64,000 nt of DNA. Origin: Myxococcota bacterium. GTDB taxonomy: Bacteria; Myxococcota_A; UBA9042; PHBI01; JAWLBL01. A program made the position numbers and the translations under genes. The notes beneath the pieces were generated by a model, which did no database searches, was not told the DNA's origin, and worked only from the letters and a program-made list of their open reading frames with translations. Each line of letters opens with the position of its first letter. Position 1 is the first letter of the stretch. The stretch spans positions 203,818-267,817 of the forward strand of contig JAWLBL010000008.1 in NCBI GenBank assembly GCA_041687695.1. Reading direction: 5' to 3'. Below, piece after piece: positions 21,415-30,700 of the stretch.

Positions 21415-21777
21415 CTACCAGCGGGCGCCGCCGCGCGCGCCGCCCAGGCCGCGTGGCAGGTCCAGCTCCATCTTCAGGTGCCCGACGAAGCGGGCCTGCG
21501 GGTCGATGCCGACGCGGGCCGCCGTGATGTCGCCCTCGACGTCGGCGCCCGAGGCCAGGGTGACCGCCTTGGTCGCGGTGACCGGCCCGCGGACCTTGCC
21601 GGCGACGAGCACCTCGGCGCCGTCGACGGTGGCCGCCACCAGGGCCGACGGGGCGACGCGCACGTCACCGCCGACCCTGACGGCCCCCTCGACGCGCCCG
21701 TGGATGGTCAGCGAGCCGGCGCCCGAGACGGTGCCCTTGACCCGGATCCCGGCCCCGATGACGTTTGCGCTTTCCAA
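21415..21777 (-). CDS. Bactofilin (polymer-forming cytoskeletal protein)
   Basis: VIGAGIRVKGTV..LTIHGRVEG..GDITAARV..FVGHLKM; TTG start uncertain. Confidence 0.85.
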   Translation of the reverse strand: MESANVIGAGIRVKGTVSGAGSLTIHGRVEGAVRVGGDVRVAPSALVAATVDGAEVLVAGKVRGPVTATKAVTLASGADVEGDITAARVGIDPQARFVGHLKMELDLPRGLGGARGGARW

Positions 21778-21936
21778 GGGACGCTCCTAGCATCTGCGGG
21801 TGGTCGTCGCGGGCTGGCCCGCGCCGCGGCCGCTGCAGGCGCCGTGCTAGCACCGGCGGCGCTCCGGTGTCAAGGACGCCCCGGCGGCGCGCGGGCGCGG
21901 AAGAGCCGCGCGCGGCGCGGGTTGTGAGGAGGACGC

Positions 21937-23514
21937 ATGGACTACGACTACCTCATCGTCGGCTCGGGGTTCGGCGGCAGCGTCTCGGCGCTGCGCCTGA
22001 CCGAGAAGGGCTACCGGGTCGGCGTCCTCGAGGCCGGAAAGCGCTGGAACCCCGAGGACTTCCCCCGCACCAACTGGGATCTTCGGCGCTTCCTCTTCCA
22101 GCCGTCCCTCGGGTGCTACGGGATCATGCGGATGGAGGTCTTCCGGGACGTCTTCATCCTGGCCGGGGCGGGGGTCGGCGGCGGCAGCCTGGTCTACGCC
22201 AACACCCTGCTGGTCCCGCCCGACCGCTTCTTCGCCGACGCCCGCTGGGCCCACATGAAGGATTGGAAGGCCGCGCTGGCGCCGCACTACGACACGGCCA
22301 AGCGCATGCTGGGCGTCACGCGCGCCCCCCAGGTCTTCGAGACCGATCGCGCCCTGCAGGCCGTCATGGACGAGATGGGCCGCGGCCACACCTTCCACCA
22401 CGCCGACGTCGGCGTACACTTCGGGCAGGGGCCCGGCGTGCGCTCGCCCGACCCCTACTTCGGCGGCCGCGGCCCCGAGCGCACCGGCTGCACCCTGTGC
22501 GGCGGCTGCATGATCGGCTGCAAGCACGGCTCGAAGAACTCGCTGGACCGCAACTACCTGTACCTCGCCGAGCAGAACGGCGCCGAGGTGCACCCCGAGA
22601 CGACCGCCTGGGACGTCCGCCCGCGCGAGGGCGGCGGCTACGAGGTGCGGACCCACCGCTCGGACTCGCCCTACCTCAAGCGCGGCCAGCGCACGTTCAC
22701 GGCCCGGCACGTGGTCCTGTCCGCGGGCGCCCTCGGGACCACCAAGCTGCTGCTCGCCTGCAAGGAGCGCGGCAGCCTGCCCCACCTGTCGGACCAGGTC
22801 GGCAACTACGTGCGCACCAACAGCGAGGCCATCCTGGGCGTCAAGGCGCGCGATCCCAAGGCCGACCTCACCCACGGCATCGCCATCGCCGCCGGCGCCT
22901 ACCCGGACGACGACACGCACATCGAGATGTGCCGCTACCCCAAGGGCTCGGACTCGCTGGCCGTCATCACCACCCACATGACCGACGGCGGCAGCCGCCT
23001 CGGCCGCATCGGGCAGGCGCTCAGGCAGTTCGTCACGCACCCCATCGACTCCGCCCGGGCCGCCTGGCCCTTCGGCTTCGCGCAGCGCGGCGCCATCGTC
23101 CTGGTCATGCAGCCGGTCGACAACTACCTGCGCTTCGTCCGCGAGCGCCCCTGGTACGCGCCGTGGCGCCGCCGCATGCAGACGCGCAACGACACCGACG
23201 CCGCCATCCAGGCGACCATCCCCATCGGCAACGAGGTCACGCGCCGCCTCGCCGAGCGCCTCGACGCCCACCCGCGCAGCGCCATCACCGAGCTGCTCCT
23301 GAACGTGCCGACCACCGCCCACATCCTGGGCGGCGCCACCATCGCCGACAGCCCCGAGCGCGGCGTCATCGACGCCCGCCACGAGGCCTTCGGGCACCCG
23401 GGCCTGTTCGTGGTCGACGGCTCGGTCATCCCGGCCAACCTGGGCGTCAACCCCAGCCTCACCATCACCGCCCTCGCCGAGCACGCGATGAGCCAGGTCC
23501 CGTCCCGGGTCTGA
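21937..23514 (+). CDS. GMC oxidoreductase, cholesterol oxidase (ChoD)-like
   Basis: IVGSGFGGSVSALRL, GAGVGGGSLVYAN, C..CG.CM.GC, TAHILGGA, NLGVNPSLTITALAE. Confidence 0.9.
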   Translation: MDYDYLIVGSGFGGSVSALRLTEKGYRVGVLEAGKRWNPEDFPRTNWDLRRFLFQPSLGCYGIMRMEVFRDVFILAGAGVGGGSLVYANTLLVPPDRFFADARWAHMKDWKAALAPHYDTAKRMLGVTRAPQVFETDRALQAVMDEMGRGHTFHHADVGVHFGQGPGVRSPDPYFGGRGPERTGCTLCGGCMIGCKHGSKNSLDRNYLYLAEQNGAEVHPETTAWDVRPREGGGYEVRTHRSDSPYLKRGQRTFTARHVVLSAGALGTTKLLLACKERGSLPHLSDQVGNYVRTNSEAILGVKARDPKADLTHGIAIAAGAYPDDDTHIEMCRYPKGSDSLAVITTHMTDGGSRLGRIGQALRQFVTHPIDSARAAWPFGFAQRGAIVLVMQPVDNYLRFVRERPWYAPWRRRMQTRNDTDAAIQATIPIGNEVTRRLAERLDAHPRSAITELLLNVPTTAHILGGATIADSPERGVIDARHEAFGHPGLFVVDGSVIPANLGVNPSLTITALAEHAMSQVPSRV

Positions 23515-23645
23515 CCCGCCCCGCGACCTCGGGGTTCGACCGTTCCCGAACGGCTGTTAGCTTGTAACCAGCACGGGAAGCCACGCGCCGTCCCGCCGGT
23601 TGGCTGGATGAAGGCATCACGGTTGGCGCTCGCGCTGGAGGTCCG

Positions 23646-24419
23646 ATGAGAGGCGTGCTGAGGTTCGCGGCGGCGTTGCTCGTCCCAGTCGTGGTGGCCG
23701 GCTCGGTGGGGCCGGCCCAGGCCGAGGCGCCGGTCGAGGCGCGGCGCGGGGGGCTGGGGTTCCTCGAGGGCGTCGTGCCCGAGGCCCTGCTGCCGCCGGT
23801 GCTGCACGAGATCGCCGTGCCCCTGATGCGTCAGGTCGGCGACAAGGCCAACTGCGGTCCGACCGCGGCGGCGATGGTGCTGGGCGCCTACCAGCAGCTG
23901 CGCGATGCGACGCAGCTCGAGGCGCTCCGCGATCAGCTGGGCGAGTGGTCGTGGGAGGCGTTCCCGGCGCGTCGCCTGAGCCTGCCCGGCTACGACCCGG
24001 GCCTGAGCACGACCGCGATGCTGCTGGCGATGCTCAACCACTTCGCCAGCGGCGAGGTCGCCTTCGACGAGCTGCCCGAGCACCCGTGGCTGCCGCGGAC
24101 GGCCTGGAACCTGCTCGCGCTCAAGGCCACCGTCGGCGAGGGGCGCCCGGTCGTCACGATGGTGCAGGCCTCGACCCTGTGGGGCACCCGCGAGCCCGGC
24201 CTGCACTGGGTCGTCGTCCGGGCGGTGGGCGACGGCAAGGTCGTCTACAACGACCCGGCCGACTCGACCCGCGTCGAGGTCCCCATCGACAAGTTCTGGG
24301 AGGCCTGGCGCCTGCTGCCCATCTTCCGCGAGCTGTCCCTGACGCGGTCCTTCACCGCCATCGTCGGGTCCAGGCCCGTCCCGGCGAGGCCCGGCGCGCA
24401 GGTGGCGACGGACCTCTGA
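23646..24419 (+). CDS. Secreted C39-like cysteine peptidase
   Basis: Signal peptide; Q..NCGPTAAAMVL, LHWVVV and YNDPA catalytic pattern. Confidence 0.8.
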   Translation: MRGVLRFAAALLVPVVVAGSVGPAQAEAPVEARRGGLGFLEGVVPEALLPPVLHEIAVPLMRQVGDKANCGPTAAAMVLGAYQQLRDATQLEALRDQLGEWSWEAFPARRLSLPGYDPGLSTTAMLLAMLNHFASGEVAFDELPEHPWLPRTAWNLLALKATVGEGRPVVTMVQASTLWGTREPGLHWVVVRAVGDGKVVYNDPADSTRVEVPIDKFWEAWRLLPIFRELSLTRSFTAIVGSRPVPARPGAQVATDL

Positions 24420-24434
24420 CCCGGGCCGTCGAGC

Positions 24435-27400
24435 TCAGAAGTTGGTGTCGGCCGACGCGCCGGCCGCGCCCGGGGTGCCGCTCTGGCCCAGCGAGGGGCC
24501 GCCGGCACCGCCCGGGCCGCCCTGACCACCCGGCAGGAAGGCGTTGGCGCTCTTGTAGGCGCTGGCGTTCAGCGACCCGCCGGCCTGGTGCAAGAACAGG
24601 CCGTAGCTGGCGCCGCCGCAGCCGCCGCCGCCGCCGCCGCCGTGGCCGCCCTGGCCCCCGTCACCGCCGGCCGCGCCGCCGGCCGCGCACCACATCTGCG
24701 CGTTGCCCTCGCCGCTGGCCCCGCCGGGGGCGCCGTCGCCGCCCAGGCCGCCGGCGCCGCCAGGCCCGCCGGTGCCACCCGCGCCGCCCGCGCCGCGCCG
24801 GATGGTGTTGTTCTGCAGGACCGGCAGGCTGCCGGGGGACGCCGTGAAGATGACGAACACCCCGAAGCTGCCGCCACCGGCCGAGCCACCCGCGCCGCCC
24901 GTGCCCGCGCAGCCGCCCGAGCCTCCGCCGCCGCCCTGGCCGCCGATGTCGTCGCCGCCCAGATCGGTGCTCCCCGTGGCGCACCCGTTGCCGACCACCT
25001 CGACGCCGCCGCCGGCCCCGCCGCCGCCGCCGCCCGAGCCGTGACCGCCCGCGCCGCCCGACTGCCCCGGCTGGCCCTGCCAGTGCCCGGCCACCACGCT
25101 GCCCTGCAGGGCGGCGCAGCCCTGCCCGAGCGCGCCCGTCGCCCCCTTGGCGCCGGCCGTCCCGAAGGCTCCATTGTGGTTCTTCTCGGAGTTGGTGTAG
25201 CAGGTCCCGCAGGAGGAGTTGGGGCCCTGCGTGATGTGGGTGTTGTCCACGCCCCCGGCGCCGCCCTTGCCCGCCGCGCCCGGCCCCTTGCCGTCCTTGC
25301 CCACCTCGGCCGCCAGCGGGTCGGTGTCGTAGACCGGGCACCGCCCGGCGCCACCGTCCCCGCCGGCGACGTCGACGCCGCCGCAGGTCAGCTTGCCGCC
25401 CGCGCCGCCGGCCTTCTCGTGGGTCGAGGTGCAGGTGCGGGTGCCCGCGTCATAGGCGGCGCCGCCGGTGACGCCGCCGCTGCCGTCGGCGCCGTCGCCG
25501 CCCGCCGCGCCCGCCGTGCCGTTGCCGCCGGCGCCGGCGAAGACCCGGTTGTTCCGGACGATCAGCTTGGCGCCGCCGTCGCGCAGGTACATGGCGTAGC
25601 TGTTGGCCCCCGCCTGGTTGGCGGCGTTGGGGCCGAAGACGGTGAAGCCGTCGACGACGGTCGGCTCGGGGGCGTCGGCCGCGCCCAGGCCGACGGCGGT
25701 CACGGCGCCCGGGGCGGCGGCGGTCGGGGCCTGGCCCAGGATGGCCGTCTCGTACAGCAGCGGGTTGCGCGTGGCGAAGTCGCTCGCGTAGCCGCCGAAC
25801 ACGCCCACGCCCGCGCGCAGGACGACGTTCTCGCCGTAGACGCCCGTCGCCACGTAGACGTCGCGCTTGCCCGCGTCGAAGGCCCGCTCGACGGCGGCCG
25901 AGATGGTCAGCATGGGCGCCTCGAGGGTGCCCGGCGCGTCGTCGTGGCCGTTCTTGGCGACGAACACCCCCTCGGCGACCTCGCCGTCGATGCCGTCGCA
26001 GTTGGTGTCTTGGCCGTCGCCCGCCAGATCGGGCCCGGCGACCGGCTGGCACTCGCAGCCGTCGTCGATGAGGCCGTTGACGTCGAACCAGCCGGGCTGG
26101 CAGGCGAAGGTGCACTGCGGGACCGGCAGGGAGGCGTCGCAGGCCGGCGCCGAGTTGGGGTAGGCGAGGGCGAGGCACGAGATGTTGCACCCGCCGCAGT
26201 GCTGGACGCCCGCGTACTTGCCGGCCGCGTCCTTGAACGCCTCGTCGGTCTCGCCGTCGCAGTCGTTGTCGACGCCGTCGCAGCTCTCGCCCGGCAGCTC
26301 GCACCCGGCCCAGCCCTCGGCCGTGCACTGCTCGAAGCCCGTGCACGTGTAGGCGGGCTTGCCCGGGTCGGCGGGCGTGTGGGTCACGCTGCACGCCCGC
26401 GAGAGATCGGTGTTGGTGCCGTCGCAGCTGCACGAGTCGGTCACCGGCACGCACATGGGGCTCGCCTTGCCGACCTCCTCGCAGGCGTAGCCGCCGGGGC
26501 AGTCGGCCGCCGTCGCGCAGCCCTTCGAACAGAAGGTTCCCGTCCCGACCGGGATGCAGGCCGCGCCCTCGCCCAGGCAGTTGGCGTCGACGGTGCACGG
26601 CTGGCAGATGCTGGCCACGTTCGGGACGCACTGGAACTCGTTGAGCTTGATGAAGCCCTGCTGGCACGTCTCGACGATGCACTGGGCGGCGCTGCCGGTG
26701 ACCTGACACGAGGTCACCGCCGCGTTGGGGAAGCCGCTGTCGCACGACGCGTTGCAGGTCCCGCAGTGCGCGTGGGCCGAGTAGACGTCGCCGGTCTTGA
26801 AGCCCTCGTCGACGTCGCCGTCGCAGTCGTTGTCCTTGAAGTCGCACGTCTCCGGCTCGGGGGTCGCCGCCTGGCACACCCAGCCCTGCGGGCCGAAGCA
26901 GACGTTGACGCCGACGCAGGTCCCGACCCCCTCGACCGTGTTCTCGCAGGCCTCGTCCTGCGGCAGCCCGTCGTCGACCAGGCCGTTGCAGTCGTTGTCC
27001 TTGCCGTCGCACAGCTCGGGCACGGGCGCCGCCGCCGTGCAGCCCGTCCACCCCAGCTCGGGGTCGCACGTCTCGACGCCGTAGCAGCTGCCGAGCTCGC
27101 TCGTCTGCTGGCAGCTCCGCTGCGCCCCGGTGAACTCGGGCGTGCACGTGCAGCTCCCGCTGCGGGGCTGGCACCACTGCCCGTCGTGGGTGCCGCCCGG
27201 CGCGTCGAGGCAGCCGAAGCCCTCGGGGCAGTCCTCGTCGGCCTCGCACGCGTAGCCGCACTGGCCCGACCCGTCGATGGTCAGGCACGCGCCGCCCTTG
27301 CACTGCGTGTCCGTCGCGCAGGGCGTGCACAGCTGCACGTAGCGTGGCAGGCACAGGAACACCACGTCCGCGCCCGCCGCCGACACGCCCTTGCAGTCGA

Positions 27401-27767
27401 AGTTGGCCGGGCAGCTGATCTCGCACGTCTTGGTGCAGATGAACCCCTGCGGCCCCTCGACGCACCAGCCGCTGTCACACTCGCCGTTCGAGCTGCACGG
27501 CGCCCCGAACGCGCCCTCCTCGGGCGGCACGTCGGGCGCCGCGCCTTCATCCCCGCCGGCGTCGGGCGCGTCCGCCGCGTCGGCCACGGCGTCCACCTTG
27601 CCGGCATCGCCGCCGGTGTCCGGCGCCACGTCCGCCTTCACGTCCACGCCGACGTCGGTCGCGCCGTCGGCGCCCCCGTCGTCCCCGCACGCGGCCAAAG
27701 CCGCCCCCAGCACCAGCGCCAGCCCGAGGCCCGCGCGCCCGCTCCCGAAGTCTCCTGCCACGCGCAT
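24435..27767 (-). CDS. Large Cys-rich lipoprotein with CDGxDNDC repeats and a Gly-rich C-terminal region (paralog B)
   Basis: Lipobox LAAC; repeated ExCDGxDNDCxGxxDE; FVAKNG.D..PGT.EAPMLTI module; long Gly-rich tail. Confidence 0.85.
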   Translation of the reverse strand: MRVAGDFGSGRAGLGLALVLGAALAACGDDGGADGATDVGVDVKADVAPDTGGDAGKVDAVADAADAPDAGGDEGAAPDVPPEEGAFGAPCSSNGECDSGWCVEGPQGFICTKTCEISCPANFDCKGVSAAGADVVFLCLPRYVQLCTPCATDTQCKGGACLTIDGSGQCGYACEADEDCPEGFGCLDAPGGTHDGQWCQPRSGSCTCTPEFTGAQRSCQQTSELGSCYGVETCDPELGWTGCTAAAPVPELCDGKDNDCNGLVDDGLPQDEACENTVEGVGTCVGVNVCFGPQGWVCQAATPEPETCDFKDNDCDGDVDEGFKTGDVYSAHAHCGTCNASCDSGFPNAAVTSCQVTGSAAQCIVETCQQGFIKLNEFQCVPNVASICQPCTVDANCLGEGAACIPVGTGTFCSKGCATAADCPGGYACEEVGKASPMCVPVTDSCSCDGTNTDLSRACSVTHTPADPGKPAYTCTGFEQCTAEGWAGCELPGESCDGVDNDCDGETDEAFKDAAGKYAGVQHCGGCNISCLALAYPNSAPACDASLPVPQCTFACQPGWFDVNGLIDDGCECQPVAGPDLAGDGQDTNCDGIDGEVAEGVFVAKNGHDDAPGTLEAPMLTISAAVERAFDAGKRDVYVATGVYGENVVLRAGVGVFGGYASDFATRNPLLYETAILGQAPTAAAPGAVTAVGLGAADAPEPTVVDGFTVFGPNAANQAGANSYAMYLRDGGAKLIVRNNRVFAGAGGNGTAGAAGGDGADGSGGVTGGAAYDAGTRTCTSTHEKAGGAGGKLTCGGVDVAGGDGGAGRCPVYDTDPLAAEVGKDGKGPGAAGKGGAGGVDNTHITQGPNSSCGTCYTNSEKNHNGAFGTAGAKGATGALGQGCAALQGSVVAGHWQGQPGQSGGAGGHGSGGGGGGAGGGVEVVGNGCATGSTDLGGDDIGGQGGGGGSGGCAGTGGAGGSAGGGSFGVFVIFTASPGSLPVLQNNTIRRGAGGAGGTGGPGGAGGLGGDGAPGGASGEGNAQMWCAAGGAAGGDGGQGGHGGGGGGGCGGASYGLFLHQAGGSLNASAYKSANAFLPGGQGGPGGAGGPSLGQSGTPGAAGASADTNF

Positions 27768-27778
27768 ACGCCGCCTCC

Positions 27779-30700
27779 TCAGAAGTTGGTGTCCGCCGCC
27801 GCGCCGGTCGCGCCGGCCGTGCCGCTCTGCCCCAGCGACGGCCCGCCCGCCCCGCCGGCGCCGCCCTGGGCGCCCGCGACGAAGCTGTTGCCGGTCTTGT
27901 ACGCGCCCAGGTTCGCGCTCCCGCCGGCCTGCCACACGTACAGGCCCCAGGTCGACCCGCCGCAGCCGCCGCCGCCGCCGCCGCCGTGCCCGCCCTGGCC
28001 GCCGTTGCCGCCCGGCTGCCCGCCCGACGCGCAGAACAGGTGGTTGCCGATGACGTCGCCCGGCCCGCCGCCCGGCGCGCCCGCGCCGCCGACGCCGCCC
28101 GCGCCGCCCGGCCCGCCGGCGCCGCCGCTGCCGCCCGCGCCCCGCCGGATGGTGTTGTTCGCGATGACCGGCAGGCTGGCCGGCGCCGCGTCCCAGGTGA
28201 CGAACACGCCGAAGCTGCCGCCGCCCGCCTGGCCGCCCTGGCCGCCGGTGCCCGCGCAGCCGCCCGAGCCGCCGCCGCCGCCCGTGCCGCCGAGATCGTC
28301 GCCGCCGATGCCGGCGCAGACCCCGCAGCCGAAGGAGTCGACCTGCGCGACGCACTGGCTGTCCCACGCGGTGTTGCAGCAGTAGGAGTCGATGGCGCAG
28401 ACGCAGCTGCGGATCGCGCTGTCGCTGCAGGCGCCCGCCCCGCCCGACGAGCAGCACGAGGCCGGCGCGGTCGGGATGCCCGTGCACTGGCCGCCCGTCA
28501 CCTCGACGCCCCCGCCCGAGCCGCCGCCGCCCCCGCCGCCGCCGTGGCCGCCCTTGACGCCGCCGCCGCCGGCCGTGCCGACCCAGTGCCCGGCCACGAT
28601 CTGCCCGGCCGTGGCGCTACAGCCCGGCCCGGCCGCGCCCAGGGTGCCCGCCGCGCCCGACTTGCCGATGACGCCCTCGTGCGAGCCGACCGACGGCGTG
28701 TTGCACAGGTAGCAGTCCGAGTTCGACTGGATGCGCGCGTCCACGCCGGCCGCGCCGCCGGTCCCCGCGCCCGGCCCCGCGCCCGCGGCGCCCGCCTCGG
28801 CGGCGCCGGGTGCGCTGTTGTAGACGGGGCAGGTCGAGTCGCCGCCCTTGCCGCCGGAGACCGCCACGCCGTCCGAGCAGGTGCGGGCGCCGCCGGCCCC
28901 GCCCGAGGTGTGGTTCGAGGCCGCGCAGCTGCGCGTCACGATGTCCTTGGCGTCCAGGCCCGGCGCCCCGCCGACCCCGTCCGTCCCGTCGCCGCCGGCG
29001 CCGCCCGGCTGGCCGTTGCCGCCCGCGTTGCCGAAGACGCGGTTGTTGCGCACGAGCAGCTTGGACCCGACGTTGCGCAAGTAGATGGCGTAGCTGTTGG
29101 CGCCCGGGCTGTTGGCGGCGTTCGGCCCGAACACGGTGAAGCCGTCGAGCACGGTCGGCTCGGGCGCGCTGGCGGCGCCCAGGTTCACGGCGGTGACCGT
29201 GCCGGGTTTGCCGGCGCTGGGCTCCTGCCCGATGAGCGCCGTCTCGAACAGCAGCGGGCTGCGCTGGGTGAAGTCGCTGGAGTAGCCGCCGAACAGGCCC
29301 ACGCCCGCCTGCAGGGCCACGCTCTCGCTGTACACGCCCGTGGCCACGTAGACGTCGCGCTTGCCGGTCTGGAAGGCCCGCGCCAGGGCGGCCGAGACGG
29401 TCAGCATCGGCGCCTCGAGCGTGCCCGGGGCCGCGTCGTCGCCGTTCTTGGTGACGAAGACGCCCTCGGCGATGTCGCCGTCGATGCCGTCGCAGTTCGA
29501 GTCGACCCCGTCGCCCGCCAGGTCGTCGCCCGCCACCGGCTTGCACTCGCAGCCGTCGACCGGCGAGCCGTTGACGTCGTACCAGCCCTGGACGCACTCG
29601 TAGTCGCACTGGGGCACGGCGCCGCTGGTCTTGCAGGCCGGGACGGTGTTGGGCGCCTGCAGGGCGAGGCACGAGATGTTGCAGCCGCCGCAGTGCTGGA
29701 CGCTCGCGTACTGGCCCTGGGCGTTCTTGAAGCCCTCGTCGATGGCGCCGTCGCAGTCGTTGTCGAGGCCGTCGCAGGCCTCTACGGGCAGCTGGCAGCC
29801 GCCCCAGCCGTCGGCGGTGCACTGCTCGGAGCCCTTACAGGTGTAGGCGGGCTGGTTCGGGTCGGGCGGGGTCCAGGTCATGCTGCAGGCGCGCGCGAGG
29901 TCGGTGTTGGTGCCGTCGCAGCTGCACGACCCCGAGCTGGGCACGCACTGGTGCGACGCCTTGCCGACGTCCTGGCACCCGTAGCCGTCCGGGCAGTCGC
30001 CCTGGGTCTGGCAGGCCTTGCCGCAGAACCCGCCCTCGGCCAGCGCCACGCAGGCGGCCCCCTCGCCCAGGCAGTTCTCGTCGGTCGAGCACGGCTGGCA
30101 GATGGTCGCCACGTTCGGGATGCACTGGAACTCGTTCAGCTTGGTGTAGCCGGGCTCGCACGTCTCCACCGCGCACTGCGGCTGGGCGCCGAACACCTTG
30201 CACGCCGTCTCGGCCGCGTTCGGAAAACCCGCGCCGCAGCTGAGGTTGCAGGTCCCGCAGTGGTCGAACCCGGCGTACTGACCGCCCGCCTTGAAGTCCT
30301 CGTCGACCTCGCCGTCGCAGTCGTTGTCCTTGAAGTCGCACGTCTCGGCCTCGGGCGTCGGCCCCTGGCACTTCCAGCCCTGCGGCCCGAAGCACGTCTG
30401 CACGCCCGCGCACGCGCCCACCCCCTCGACCGCGTTGGTGCAGGGCGCGCCCTCGTCGGCCAGCTCCTCGTCGATGAGCCCGTCGCAGTCGTCGTCCACG
30501 CCGTTGCACTGCTCGGGCGCCGGCGCGGGCGCGGTGCAGCCGGTCCAGCCGGCCTCGGCGTCGCACGTCTCGACGCCATAGCAGCTCCCCAGGACGTCGT
30601 CGCTCTGGCAGCTGCGCTTCTTGCCGGCCGTCGCCGCGTTGCAGGTGCACGACCCGGTCACCGGCAGGCAGCGCAGCTCTCCGTCGGGCGCCGCCCCGCA

